Made by a program: the position numbers and the translations under genes
In this document: piece after piece, positions 17,420-27,606 of the stretch
Layout: every line of letters starts with the position of its first letter
Position numbering within the stretch: position 1 is the first letter of the stretch
Notes under the pieces: generated by a model
Database searches by the model: none
What the model was told of the DNA's origin: nothing
What the model saw: the letters and a program-made list of their open reading frames with translations, nothing else
Assembly: GCA_021648125.1 (NCBI GenBank)
Contig: JAKITK010000006.1
Span: forward strand, 13,640-77,639
DNA length: 64,000 bases
From: Lysobacterales bacterium
GTDB taxonomy: Bacteria > Pseudomonadota > Gammaproteobacteria > Xanthomonadales > SZUA-36
Reading direction: 5' to 3'

Positions 17420-18538
17420 ATGACTGAAAACGCCAAACAAGCACTGGTCAATTTGTTAGATCTGGATGAATCCGGGTTGCGCGAATTTTTTGAGGGGATA
17501 GATGAAAAACCCTTCCGTGCCACCCAGGTTATGAAGTGGATCTATCATCATGGAGTCACAGACTTTTCTGCGATGACAGATCTGGGTAAAGACTTACGCC
17601 AACGGCTTGGCTCGCTGGCGTGTATTACTTTGCCTACAATCCTCAAGCAGCAGCGCTCTAACGACGGCACGGTAAAGTGGATGTTGGGTTTGCCCGGAGG
17701 CAATGCGGTAGAAACGGTCTACATACCGGAGGCCAACCGCGGTACGCTGTGCGTGTCTTCACAAGTGGGTTGTGCGTTAAATTGTTCTTTTTGCTCTACG
17801 GCTACTCAGGGTTTCAGTCGCAATTTAATGACCAGCGAAATTATCGGCCAGGTTTTTCTTGCGGCCCAAGCTCTCGGGCATGAGCGCAACGGCAAGCGGG
17901 CAATTACCAATGTAGTCATGATGGGCATGGGTGAGCCCTTGTTGAATTTTGACGCGCTAGCTCCTGCGCTAAATTTGATGCGTGATGATCTGGGCTATGG
18001 TTTTGCTTCTCGCCGGGTTACCGTAAGCACCGCCGGTTTAGTGCCGATGATTGACCGTTTGCGGGAATCCGTTGATGTGGCTTTGGCGGTATCTCTGCAC
18101 GCTCCTATTGATGATCTGCGCGTGCAGCTGGTACCACTAAACAAAAAATACCCAATCAAGGAGCTAATGGCAGCCTGCCAGCGTTATGTCGCCGGTCGGA
18201 ATAAATGTCAGGTAACTTTCGAATACACCATGATGGGCGGAATTAATGATTTTCCGGAACATGCAAGGCAGCTGGTTAAACTGTTGCGCCGGGTTCCAAG
18301 TAAACTTAACATTATTCCGTTTAATCCCTACCCGGGAGCGCGTTACAGCTGTTCTTCACCAGAGAGAATTGAGGCCTTCAAGCAAATCGTGATGCGCGGT
18401 GGTCTAATTGCTACCGTACGGAAAACTCGTGGGGAAGACATTGACGCGGCCTGTGGGCAGTTGGTCGGAAAAGTACGCGATCGCACTCGACGGCAGGCCG
18501 CGCATAATGCACAACTGGCAGGGCAGGCTAGTGCATAA
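17420..18538 (+). CDS. rlmN: 23S rRNA/tRNA adenine-C2 methyltransferase RlmN (radical SAM)
   Basis: 372 aa. CxxxCxxC radical-SAM motif (CALNCSFC), [12 protein letters not shown]-terminus, conserved position after ndk. Confidence 0.95.
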   Translation: MTENAKQALVNLLDLDESGLREFFEGIDEKPFRATQVMKWIYHHGVTDFSAMTDLGKDLRQRLGSLACITLPTILKQQRSNDGTVKWMLGLPGGNAVETVYIPEANRGTLCVSSQVGCALNCSFCSTATQGFSRNLMTSEIIGQVFLAAQALGHERNGKRAITNVVMMGMGEPLLNFDALAPALNLMRDDLGYGFASRRVTVSTAGLVPMIDRLRESVDVALAVSLHAPIDDLRVQLVPLNKKYPIKELMAACQRYVAGRNKCQVTFEYTMMGGINDFPEHARQLVKLLRRVPSKLNIIPFNPYPGARYSCSSPERIEAFKQIVMRGGLIATVRKTRGEDIDAACGQLVGKVRDRTRRQAAHNAQLAGQASA

Positions 18539-18577
18539 TCCCGGTATAATCTTTCAAACAAGTTTTAGGCGGAAGGA

Positions 18578-19321
18578 ATGGCTATGAAAACATGGATGGT
18601 TTTAACACTCTCGACATTATTGATGGCTTGCGCATCAAGCGGGCCTATTCCAGAACAAGGTAAAGAATCGGTTGAAGGTGCGATAGTCAATGTAAAACTA
18701 GCAACCGGCTATATCCAGCAGGGAGATTATGAGGTTGCACTGGATAAATTAAAGCGGGCCCTCGAATTTGATCCCAACTACGCTACTGCACATACCGTCA
18801 TAGGAGTGCTCTACGGGCGTATCGGTAAGCTGGAGCTTGCGGGAAAGCACTATAAACGCGCTACTGAACTAAATCCACATGATGGCGGTGTGCTAAATAA
18901 TTATGGGCAATACCTTTGCCAAACCCAGCAATATGATGCGGCATTTCCATATTTTGAGCGCGCTTTAGAAGAACCTTTCTACCACACGCCTGAATCTGCG
19001 CTTGCCAATGCCGGGCGTTGCGCTATCGACCAAGGCGATTTGGAAAAGGCTGAGCTTTATCTGCGCAGGGCACTGAAAAAAAGCCCAGGTTACCCGCCAA
19101 CTTTACTCGATCTGGCGGAGCTAATGAAACTCCGCGGCGATAATTTGAAGGCTCGGGCATTTCTCGAGCGTTTTCACGCCACCAGACAGGTTTCTGCTCA
19201 GAGTCTCTATATGGGGTATGATATAGAGAGCAAACTAGGGGATACCAAAGCTAGCCAGGAATATAGGCGTAAGCTGATTCAGCAGTTCCCTGATTCGGCT
19301 CTGACCAATTCCATACTGTAA
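18578..19321 (+). CDS. pilW: type IV pilus biogenesis/stability TPR lipoprotein PilW (PilF)
   Basis: Lipobox LLMAC, TPR repeats, conserved position between rlmN and rodZ. Confidence 0.85.
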   Translation: MAMKTWMVLTLSTLLMACASSGPIPEQGKESVEGAIVNVKLATGYIQQGDYEVALDKLKRALEFDPNYATAHTVIGVLYGRIGKLELAGKHYKRATELNPHDGGVLNNYGQYLCQTQQYDAAFPYFERALEEPFYHTPESALANAGRCAIDQGDLEKAELYLRRALKKSPGYPPTLLDLAELMKLRGDNLKARAFLERFHATRQVSAQSLYMGYDIESKLGDTKASQEYRRKLIQQFPDSALTNSIL

Positions 19322-19335
19322 CAAGGAAGTTCAGG

Positions 19336-20091
19336 ATGTCTGCACAAAACGAATTGCCGATAGGGACCCCGGGTGAGCTTTTAGCTAATGCCCGTCTAAA
19401 ACAAGGCTGTAGTATCGAAAAGGTGGCTGGCTTTCTTAAGCTTAGCGTCGAAAAAGTTGAAGCAATGGAAGCTGATCAATGGGGTCAGATTGCACCCGTT
19501 TACTGCAAGGGCTCTGCCCGTAGATATGCTGCTTTTTTAGGTCTTGACGCTGATAAGTTTGAAATAACACTAAACGGTATTGAATGTACCGAACCGCCGG
19601 TTAAAAGTGTCTTTTCGAAAGGCTTAGCTACTAGTTCTGCTTCTCTGAATGGTTTTCGCGTGCTTTCGTATCTTGTAGCTACCGTCTTTGTTGTTCTACC
19701 GTTAGTTTTAGCCTACACCCATTTTGCTGTGCGTTGGTCCCAAGATGAACCGCTGCTGCCTGTGGTGTCTGGCGATGTTAGCCAGGTAGATCACTTACAG
19801 GCTAATATGTTATCAGGGGAAGCTCAGGGCGACAGGATTCTTAGTACCCTCGCCATCGAGCTTAGTGCGGACAGTTGGTTGAGTGTAGTCGATGCTGATG
19901 GTAGAAAGCTTGATTCGGAGTTGCGCAAAGGTGGCCAAGTATATAGCTATCAGGGAAAACCACCTTTTCAGTTACACATCGGCAGGGTATCAGCAACCCG
20001 TGTGAGGTTTAATGGTGACCTTGTAGACCTCTCTGCATATACCAATGGAAATATTGCCAACCTGGAGGTTGGAGCCAACCATTCGGGCTAA
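19336..20091 (+). CDS. rodZ: RodZ-like cytoskeleton protein (HTH + TM + DUF4115)
   Basis: N-terminal XRE-type HTH, central TM helix (VLSYLVATVFVVLPLVLAY), C-terminal DUF4115-like block (SWLSVVDADGRKL...FQLHIGRVSATRVRFNG). Confidence 0.85.
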   Translation: MSAQNELPIGTPGELLANARLKQGCSIEKVAGFLKLSVEKVEAMEADQWGQIAPVYCKGSARRYAAFLGLDADKFEITLNGIECTEPPVKSVFSKGLATSSASLNGFRVLSYLVATVFVVLPLVLAYTHFAVRWSQDEPLLPVVSGDVSQVDHLQANMLSGEAQGDRILSTLAIELSADSWLSVVDADGRKLDSELRKGGQVYSYQGKPPFQLHIGRVSATRVRFNGDLVDLSAYTNGNIANLEVGANHSG

Positions 20092-20161
20092 CGGAATTTC
20101 GATTTACACTTCAAAACAGGAACGCTATTCTAGTGTGTAAACGCTTGGGGCGAATTAACTT

Positions 20162-21430
20162 GTGGTAGAAAAAATTAAAACAATCAAAGGGATGCATGAT
20201 GTTCTTCCAAATGACATTAATGTTTGGCAGAAGCTGGAAAGTGTTGCTTCAAGTGTGTTTTCCGGTTATGGCTATACGGAAATACGGACGCCAGTACTAG
20301 AAAAAACTGCACTTTTTGTAAATTCCATTGGCGAATCTACCGACATCGTCGAGAAAGAAATGTACGCCTTTGCCGATCGCGGCGGTGAACATATTGCACT
20401 CAGGCCTGAAGGAACTGCCGGGGTTGTTCGTGCGGCAATTGAAAATGGCTTGTTATACGGGCAGCCACAAAGACTGTGGTATCGGGGCGCTATGTTCCGG
20501 CGTGAACGACCACAGCGAGGGCGCACCCGTCAATTCCATCAAATTGGCATCGAAGCATTTGGCATGGCCGGGCCGGATATTGATGCTGAAATCATCCTTA
20601 TGGGCCAAAGGCTATGGCAAGCACTGGGTTTAAAAGATCTGCGGCTTGAAATTAACTCCTTGGGTAGCAGCGAAGAGCGAGCTAATTACCGCGAAAAACT
20701 AGTTGGTTACTTGCAGTCTAGGTTTGACCAGCTCGATGAGGATTCAAAGCGAAGACTAGAACGAAACCCTTTGCGGATTCTAGACAGCAAGAACCCAAAA
20801 ACTCAGGAGCTGTTAAAAGACGCACCTAAATTAAAAGATTGTTTCGGTTCCGAGTCCCTACAGTACATGGGAACTCTACTGGAAGCCTTGGATTCTCTAG
20901 GAGTCTCCTACACGCTAAACCCCTACCTTGTGCGTGGCTTGGATTACTACTCGCAGACGGTTTTCGAGTGGATTACTGACGAACTTGGTGCCCAGGGTAC
21001 AGTATGTGCAGGTGGTCGCTACGACGGCCTGGTGGAGCAACGCAGTGGTAAGCCGTGGCCGGGTATTGGGTTTGCAATGGGTGAGGAACGCCTGGTAGAA
21101 CTGTTAAAACTAGAGGCCCAAAAACCCGCAAGCAGTGCCGATATCTACATTGTGTTACAAGGCCAGGGCAGCGAATTGGCAGGTTTGCAGCTGGCGGAAC
21201 AAGTACGCAGCCAAATCCCTGAATTACGCCTGCAAAGTAATATGGGGGCAGGCAGTTTTAAGGCTCAATTCAAGCGTGCCGATCGCTCCGGAGCTGACTA
21301 TGCTCTGGTTATGGCCGAAACAGAAATGCAGGCATCAACTATCACCATCAAACCTCTACGCGGGCAGGGAGAGCAGCTGAATATACCGATTGTGGAGCTG
21401 ATCGACTGGTTGCACTTGCACTATTCTTGA
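20162..21430 (+). CDS. hisS: histidine--tRNA ligase
   Basis: 422 aa, GTG start. Class II motifs (GMHDVLP, LRPEGT, FHQIGIE, GGGRYDGL). Confidence 0.95.
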   Translation: MVEKIKTIKGMHDVLPNDINVWQKLESVASSVFSGYGYTEIRTPVLEKTALFVNSIGESTDIVEKEMYAFADRGGEHIALRPEGTAGVVRAAIENGLLYGQPQRLWYRGAMFRRERPQRGRTRQFHQIGIEAFGMAGPDIDAEIILMGQRLWQALGLKDLRLEINSLGSSEERANYREKLVGYLQSRFDQLDEDSKRRLERNPLRILDSKNPKTQELLKDAPKLKDCFGSESLQYMGTLLEALDSLGVSYTLNPYLVRGLDYYSQTVFEWITDELGAQGTVCAGGRYDGLVEQRSGKPWPGIGFAMGEERLVELLKLEAQKPASSADIYIVLQGQGSELAGLQLAEQVRSQIPELRLQSNMGAGSFKAQFKRADRSGADYALVMAETEMQASTITIKPLRGQGEQLNIPIVELIDWLHLHYS

Positions 21431-21560
21431 ACCTCTCTCAACTTTGCCTACCTGTTTGGCTATTATTTGCTTCAAACTAACATTGGAATAACACAAACAG
21501 GCAGTGGCTCTGGTACAATTGGGCGCTTAAAAATTACTATTCAATAAAGGTTATCCACAA

Positions 21561-22223
21561 ATGGTTGAAATTTACGACGATCATGAACAAAGCGAACGCG
21601 TCCGCGATTGGGTTAAGGAAAACGGTTCCGCTGTTGTTATGGGCATTGTACTCGCAATTGGCGGTCTGTATGGCTGGAAATTTTGGCAAAACGCCGAGCA
21701 AGATTCGCAAGTACTGGTAGCAGCAGAATTCCAGAACCTTGCTCTAACACTAGATGATGAGAGGTTTGATCAGGCATTTACGCATTTTGAAACCATCCGC
21801 GTTGAATATCCCAAAAGCACTTATCTGCCAATGGCACAGTTAATGATAGCTCGCGCCCGGTTACAGCAGGGCCAGCCTGATCTCGCCGTGACAATTTACC
21901 GCGACATACTCAGTGCAAAGGCGAAATCAACCGAATTCATACAGTTTATTGCAGCTGAACGGCTGGCTCGACTGTTGTTACAGAATGGTGACTTAGTTGC
22001 AGCTGAAGTGATTCTTGATAAATACGATAGTAATGAGGCGTTTACCAGCAGATTTTCGGAAGTTCGTGGTGACTTGTTGGCTACAAGAGGCGATGCCGAT
22101 GGCGCCCGCGCGGCCTATCAAAAGGCACTTGACTCAATGGAAGCAGGTACCGGCGATCGGCGTATGCTGGAGTTGAAGCGGGATAATCCGGTTAGTATCG
22201 CTGCAGTAACGGAAGACTCATGA
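21561..22223 (+). CDS. yfgM: YfgM family protein (TPR-like, single N-terminal TM; ancillary SecYEG-associated)
   Basis: 220 aa. DHEQSERVRDWVKENG then a TM helix. Conserved position between hisS and bamB. Confidence 0.8.
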   Translation: MVEIYDDHEQSERVRDWVKENGSAVVMGIVLAIGGLYGWKFWQNAEQDSQVLVAAEFQNLALTLDDERFDQAFTHFETIRVEYPKSTYLPMAQLMIARARLQQGQPDLAVTIYRDILSAKAKSTEFIQFIAAERLARLLLQNGDLVAAEVILDKYDSNEAFTSRFSEVRGDLLATRGDADGARAAYQKALDSMEAGTGDRRMLELKRDNPVSIAAVTEDS

Positions 22224-23377
22224 AACGCATTGCTCTGACATTTTTATTAGCCGGTTTGCTGATCTCAGTATCCGGTTGTTCCTGGTTTTCTAAAGCGAAG
22301 CCCGGTGAACCAGCAGAGCTGGTCGATTTCGATGCCAGCCTGAAGGTTAAAAAGATCTGGAGCACCAATATTGGTAAAGGTAACTCCCTAAAAGGCCTGA
22401 ACCTGAAGCCTGCCTATGATAACGGTCGAGTATATGCGAGTGATCATCGCGGTCGGGTGATTGCTGTTGATGCCGAAAATGGTAATAAGGTGTGGGAAAT
22501 TGAAACCGAGTTACCGGTTTCTGCCGGACCTGCAGTCGCCAATGATTTTTTGTTTTTAGGTACGCTAGAAGCTGAGGTTTATGCCTACAGCAATGAAGAC
22601 GGTAGTTTTCGTTGGAACGCACGAGTTTCTTCCGAGGTTCTGGCAATGCCGGTTCTACACGATGGCATTGTCATCGTTAGATGCCTGGACGGGCGTGTAT
22701 TTGGACTGGATGCGGACACCGGAGACCGAGTCTGGGTATATGACAGCAGTGTACCGTTGTTGACTATACGGGGAAATAGCACTCCTGTCGTTCGTGCCGG
22801 TGTTGCCTATGTGGGCTATGACAGCGGTGAACTAATAGCTATAAGGGTCGCTGATGGAGCGGTTGGTTGGACAACACAAATCGCGGCAGCAGAAGGTCGT
22901 TCTGAACTGGATCGGCTGGTAGACATTGACGGTAATATTGCCATGGTGGCTACGGATATTTATGTAGCCAGCTATAAAAATCGTATGGGGGCACTTGCCT
23001 CAGAAAGTGGCCGCTTATTGTGGTTTAAAGATATAGGTACATCCTCTGGTATCGCTGTAGATCGCACCCACCTGGCGGTCAGTGATTCTCTCGGGCATTT
23101 GTGGATGTTAGATCGCCGCAACGGTGCTGAGGACTGGAAACTGGAAATGCTTGAAAACCGTCAGCTGACATTACCGGCGTTTTATGACAGCTTTGTAGTT
23201 GTTGGCGATATGGAAGGCTACCTTCACTGGTTTAGGGTGGAAACAGGTGAACTGGTTGCCCGCAACAAAGTGGCTAAGGATGGCTTTGCATCATCACCAT
23301 TGGTGATTGGTGCCACCATGTATGTATTTGCCAATAATGGCGACTTAGTGGCCTATCGAGCTGGTCCTGCGATCTAA
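22220..23377 (+). CDS. bamB: outer membrane protein assembly factor BamB
   Basis: Lipobox ISVSGC, PQQ-like beta-propeller repeats. ATGA overlap with yfgM. Confidence 0.9.
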   Translation: MKRIALTFLLAGLLISVSGCSWFSKAKPGEPAELVDFDASLKVKKIWSTNIGKGNSLKGLNLKPAYDNGRVYASDHRGRVIAVDAENGNKVWEIETELPVSAGPAVANDFLFLGTLEAEVYAYSNEDGSFRWNARVSSEVLAMPVLHDGIVIVRCLDGRVFGLDADTGDRVWVYDSSVPLLTIRGNSTPVVRAGVAYVGYDSGELIAIRVADGAVGWTTQIAAAEGRSELDRLVDIDGNIAMVATDIYVASYKNRMGALASESGRLLWFKDIGTSSGIAVDRTHLAVSDSLGHLWMLDRRNGAEDWKLEMLENRQLTLPAFYDSFVVVGDMEGYLHWFRVETGELVARNKVAKDGFASSPLVIGATMYVFANNGDLVAYRAGPAI

Positions 23378-23403
23378 GCTTCGCACCAAAATAATTTACA
23401 AAT

Positions 23404-23430
23404 AAAGAGGCAACTGCCTCTTTATTTGTT
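23404..23430 (+). terminator. rho-independent terminator after bamB (AAAGAGGCA-ac-TGCCTCTTT then T-rich)
   Basis: Perfect 9-bp stem followed by ATTTGTTT, seen in sequence. Confidence 0.75.
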
Positions 23431-23483
23431 TCTGCCCAGATGCTCTATAATAAGCTCCTGTAATCAATCGGAAACCCCTCAAA

Positions 23484-24896
23484 ATGCTACCTGTAATCAC
23501 AATAGTGGGTCGACCGAATGTTGGTAAATCTACCTTATTTAATGCCTTAACACGAACCCGTGATGCTCTGGTGGCAGATATGCCTGGGGTAACTCGCGAC
23601 CGTCAATACGGTACTGGTGAATTCGGAGATAGTCGTTATATGCTGGTTGATACCGGTGGCTTGGTCGATCAGGCCGAAGGTATCGACTATCTCACAGCGC
23701 AACAAGTACACCTGGCAATTGAAGAGGCTGATGTGGTTATGTTCGTGGTCTCAGCCCGCGATGGGGTAACCGCGGCAGATGAGGAAATTACCCGAATGTT
23801 ACGGCAACATGGCAAGCCGGTGCAGATGGTAGTCAATAAAACTGATGGTACTGATGCCGAAATTTCAGTACCTGATTTTTATATGCTCGCCCTAGGTGAG
23901 CCATGTGGTGTTTCGGCCGCTCATCGGGCTGGCCTTGAAACTATGATGTCGCATATATTTGCATTGTTACCACCCTGGGGAGAACCCGAAGACTTCGATG
24001 AAATTGATGATGACATTATCCGCCTAGCAGTTCTGGGTCGGCCGAATGTCGGCAAATCTACACTGGTTAACCGTTTGTTGGGAGAAGAGCGGGTATTAAC
24101 TTATGACATGCCGGGCACCACCCGCGACACCATCGAAGTTGAATTAGAACGGGATGGTCGGCAGTATAAAATTCTTGATACTGCCGGTGTAAGGCGCCGC
24201 AAAAATATTACTGAGGCGGTCGAAAAATTCAGTGTGGTAAAAGCCTTACAGGCCATCGAAAAATCTCAAGTTATTATTTTGATGATAGACGCAGAAGATG
24301 GAATGACCGATCAGGATGCCACGCTTTTGGGGCATGTTTTAAATCATGGTCGTGGTCTGGTTATTGCCGTTAACAAATGGGATATGATTGATTCCGATCA
24401 GCGCCATCGCTTAAAGTCTGAACTCGACCGTAGACTAACTTATGCAGAATTCGCTCGCCGGATTACACTATCAGCCTTACACGGCAGTGGACTGCGGGAA
24501 TTAATGAATGCAGTTAACGAAGCCTGGGAGTCAGCGGCTCAGGATATGTCTACCACCCGCCTAACAGAAGTTGTACGGGCGGCCTGGGAGGCACATCAGC
24601 CAGCCATGAAGCAAGGCCGTACCGCCAAATTACGAATGGCTCACAGTGGCGGCAAATTCCCCCCACGCATCATTATTCATGGGCGGCGGGTGAATACAAT
24701 TTCTACTGACTACCGTCGCTATATTTCGAATAAAATACGCACTGCATTCAAACTCAAAGGAACCCCTGTCTGGATTGGTTTCAGAGAAGGCGACAATCCC
24801 TTCAAAAACAAGAAGCCGAAAGAAGGCTTGCGGATACCTACCAAAAAGCAAAAGAAATCCAGGGTTAATAAAAGGATCAATAAATCCAACCGATGA
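23484..24896 (+). CDS. der: ribosome biogenesis GTPase Der (EngA), with lysine-rich C-terminal tail
   Basis: Two GTPase domains, each with a G1 motif GRPNVGKST, plus a KH-like C-terminus. Confidence 0.95.
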   Translation: MLPVITIVGRPNVGKSTLFNALTRTRDALVADMPGVTRDRQYGTGEFGDSRYMLVDTGGLVDQAEGIDYLTAQQVHLAIEEADVVMFVVSARDGVTAADEEITRMLRQHGKPVQMVVNKTDGTDAEISVPDFYMLALGEPCGVSAAHRAGLETMMSHIFALLPPWGEPEDFDEIDDDIIRLAVLGRPNVGKSTLVNRLLGEERVLTYDMPGTTRDTIEVELERDGRQYKILDTAGVRRRKNITEAVEKFSVVKALQAIEKSQVIILMIDAEDGMTDQDATLLGHVLNHGRGLVIAVNKWDMIDSDQRHRLKSELDRRLTYAEFARRITLSALHGSGLRELMNAVNEAWESAAQDMSTTRLTEVVRAAWEAHQPAMKQGRTAKLRMAHSGGKFPPRIIIHGRRVNTISTDYRRYISNKIRTAFKLKGTPVWIGFREGDNPFKNKKPKEGLRIPTKKQKKSRVNKRINKSNR

Positions 24897-26017
24897 GTCT
24901 GAAGCAACAACGCCTAGAGATATTACGCCGGGAAATTACTCAAATCTCCCCGCAAGCGGCGGTTGAGAATATGCAGTCGGGAGCCGCCTTGTTAGATGTG
25001 CGTGAGCCCGGGGTTCGGGAGCAAGGTAGTCCGGATAATGCCCTGCAGTTGTCGCGCAATTTTCTTGAGCTTGTTATTGAAACAAGTTTGCCCGACCCCA
25101 GTCAGTTAGTAATGACGCTGTGCGATAGTGGAATGTCCTCACTATTCGCCGCTGACGACTTGCGGCGCCTGGGTTATACCAATGTTGTCAGTATTGAAGG
25201 CGGTTTTAGTGCTTGGAAAGCCGCAGGCTTGCCCTGGAGTGCACCGATTGCACTAAATGATGAAGCCCGGGTTCGTTATTCTAGACACCTGCAGATGGCG
25301 GAAATCGGTGAGTCAGGCCAAGTGCAACTATTGGCGTCCAAAGTATTGATACTTGGTGCCGGTGGGCTAGGTTCTCCGGTGGCTTTATATCTTGCGGCAG
25401 CCGGTGTGGGCACCCTGGGTATAGTCGACAACGATATTGTCGAACGCTCGAATTTACAGCGGCAAATCCTACATGATGATGCCGCTGTCGGAATGCCGAA
25501 AACAGTGTCGGCACGAAGTCGTATTCATGGCATAAACCCTGGCATTCAGGTTATCACCCATGCTCAACGCTTAACTTCTGAAAATGCTGCTGCTGTTGTT
25601 TCAGGCTACGACTTGGTGATTGATGGCTCGGATAACCTCGAGACCCGTTACTGTATCAACGATGCTTGCCTACAGGCGGGCTTGCCGTTAATTTATGGCG
25701 CGATTTTTCGTTTTCAGGGCCAAGTTTCTATATTTAACTTCCAGACTGCTGATGCGGGTTTGTCGGCCTGTTATCGCTGCTTATTTAAGGCTGCTGAAAA
25801 TGTCCAGCCGCCAACTTGTAGCGATGCCGGTGTTCTGGGTGTACTGCCAGGTGTTATCGGTACATTGCAGGCGACCGAGGCACTCAAAATATTGCTAAAA
25901 ATTGGCGAGCCGCTAGCAGGTAGATTGCTCAGCTACGATGCGCTTGAAGCAAGCTTCAAGGAAATTCGCTTGCTGCCTGACCCTGCTTGCCGCTGCCGAG
26001 AATTAAACGCGTTATAG
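24893..26017 (+). CDS. rhodanese domain (N-terminal) fused to a ThiF/MoeB-type E1-like adenylyltransferase
   Basis: The N-terminal ~110 aa are rhodanese-like with a loop cysteine (LCDSGMSS). They are followed by GAGGLGSPVALYLAAAGVG, RQILH, and two CxxC pairs (CYRC, CRC region) typical of MoeB/ThiF. The ATG overlaps the der stop (ATGA). Confidence 0.8.
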   Translation: MSLKQQRLEILRREITQISPQAAVENMQSGAALLDVREPGVREQGSPDNALQLSRNFLELVIETSLPDPSQLVMTLCDSGMSSLFAADDLRRLGYTNVVSIEGGFSAWKAAGLPWSAPIALNDEARVRYSRHLQMAEIGESGQVQLLASKVLILGAGGLGSPVALYLAAAGVGTLGIVDNDIVERSNLQRQILHDDAAVGMPKTVSARSRIHGINPGIQVITHAQRLTSENAAAVVSGYDLVIDGSDNLETRYCINDACLQAGLPLIYGAIFRFQGQVSIFNFQTADAGLSACYRCLFKAAENVQPPTCSDAGVLGVLPGVIGTLQATEALKILLKIGEPLAGRLLSYDALEASFKEIRLLPDPACRCRELNAL

Positions 26018-26455
26018 CACCCAGCTTTGCAGGTTCAACTCGATGGCGTGGGTAATTGCCTGATCGGTTGGGTCTACAGCCGATGGCCAGGTACGCACAT
26101 ATTCACCCCTGGAATCAAACAGTATTTTAAAGAAATTCCAGCGCGGCAGATAATCATTGCCCATTTCTTCAGCAAGTCGCCGATATAGCGGGTGAGCACC
26201 GCGTCCACAAACATGTTCTTTACGAGAAATTGGAAAATTTACCCGGTATTGTTGTTCAAGAAAGCTCTCAATGACATCATCCTCGCCAGGCTCTTTATCG
26301 GCGAAATCATTGCTTGGTACTGCCAGCACAACCAGTCCGGAATTGTGATAATCCTGCCAGACCTTTTCCATCTGACTAAACTGGTGGGCGTAGCGGGAGC
26401 GGGTGGCCGTATTGACCACAAGTATCGGCTGTCCCTGAAAACGATTCAGCGGCAT
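26012..26455 (-). CDS. glutathione peroxidase-fold protein lacking the peroxidatic and resolving cysteines; 5' end probably disrupted (see finding)
   Basis: GPx blocks are present but altered: VVNTATRSRYA where VNxASKCGxT is expected, VPSNDF where FPCNQF is expected, and WNFFKIL retained. GPx-like coding sequence continues 14 codons upstream of the ATG, up to a TGA. Confidence 0.7.
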   Translation of the reverse strand: MPLNRFQGQPILVVNTATRSRYAHQFSQMEKVWQDYHNSGLVVLAVPSNDFADKEPGEDDVIESFLEQQYRVNFPISRKEHVCGRGAHPLYRRLAEEMGNDYLPRWNFFKILFDSRGEYVRTWPSAVDPTDQAITHAIELNLQSWVL

Positions 26456-26687
26456 GCTAGCACCTTGTAAGGTGATGAAGTTCTGCTCGTAAATAGTTCA
26501 TGCAAACCTCTGATGTAAAACAACAGATATGGCATCCATGCAACTATAGATATTCGCTTAACCAACTAATCATAAAGTAATTTTGATAAAAACACTAATA
26601 TTCAGCGCTGCGTTACAGTACAACCATTACAGTATTGTCCGGCTTGCGTTAAAATACAGAGACTAGATTAACGATCCTGGAAAAACC

Positions 26688-27569
26688 ATGGCAGCACAGA
26701 TTCTAGACGGCAAAAAAGTCAGTATTGAACTGATTGATACGGTAAAGCTCAGCATTGATAAACACTTGCAAGCGGGCAGATCAGCGCCTTCATTGGCAGT
26801 GGTTTTGGTAGGTGCAGACCCCGCCTCAAAAATCTATGTGCGCAACAAACGCCTTGCCTGTGCGCGTGCAGGGATAACAGCAAGAGACTATGACCTGCCG
26901 GTGACAACTACCGAGGCAGAACTGTTGATCCTTATCGGCCAGTTAAACAAAGACCCTTTAGTTAGCGGTATTTTGGTGCAATTGCCTTTGCCGGAGCATA
27001 TCAATGAGGTCGCGGTTACCAACAGTGTTTCCCGGTATAAGGATGTTGATGGTTTTCACATCGCCAATGTGGGTTCTCTGGCCTTGCGCCAACCGGGCCT
27101 AAGGCCGTGTACTCCGAGGGGTATTGTGACTCTGCTGGATTATTATGGAATCGACCCCAAGGGTCTAGATGCGACCATTGTAGGGGCTTCCAATATTGTC
27201 GGCAGACCATTGTGTCTTGAGTTGCTTCATAAAGGAGCGACAATAACTGTAGCGCATCGTTTCACCCGTAATCTCCAACAACATGTACGCAATGCGCAAT
27301 TACTTGTAGTCGCCGTAGGTAAGCCTGGAATTGTCAATGCCGAATGGATTAAGCCAGGCGCTATTGTTGTTGATGTTGGTATCAACCGTCAGCAGGACGG
27401 TAGTCTTTGCGGAGATATCGATTTTGAAGTTGCCAGTAAAAAAGCCGCCTGGATTAGCCCGGTACCGGGTGGTGTTGGCCCAATGACAGTTGCAACTTTG
27501 ATTCAGAATACGGCTGAGGCAGCTGGTATTAGTGTGGGTTTTTCTAATCAGCATAGTACTGCGAATTGA
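26688..27569 (+). CDS. folD: bifunctional methylenetetrahydrofolate dehydrogenase/cyclohydrolase
   Basis: 293 aa. Canonical FolD blocks ([48 protein letters not shown]). Confidence 0.95.
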   Translation: MAAQILDGKKVSIELIDTVKLSIDKHLQAGRSAPSLAVVLVGADPASKIYVRNKRLACARAGITARDYDLPVTTTEAELLILIGQLNKDPLVSGILVQLPLPEHINEVAVTNSVSRYKDVDGFHIANVGSLALRQPGLRPCTPRGIVTLLDYYGIDPKGLDATIVGASNIVGRPLCLELLHKGATITVAHRFTRNLQQHVRNAQLLVVAVGKPGIVNAEWIKPGAIVVDVGINRQQDGSLCGDIDFEVASKKAAWISPVPGGVGPMTVATLIQNTAEAAGISVGFSNQHSTAN

Positions 27570-27606
27570 ATTGGCTATTACAAAACCAAGCCTAATAAAA
27601 CATCAG

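Noticed and set aside
26498-26500. In-frame TGA upstream of the GPx-like ORF as a selenocysteine codon
   Set aside because: The TGA lies at the very first codon position of the conserved N-terminus, not at the catalytic site, where the codon is Ser. No SECIS-like hairpin follows. The ATGA-A context is better explained by a 1-nt insertion after the start codon.
27532-27606. GTG start at 27532 for the MBL-like ORF, overlapping folD by 38 nt
   Set aside because: The extension has no signal or domain character. The signal-peptide-like sequence begins at the in-frame TTG at 27607. The gene is probably a remnant in any case.
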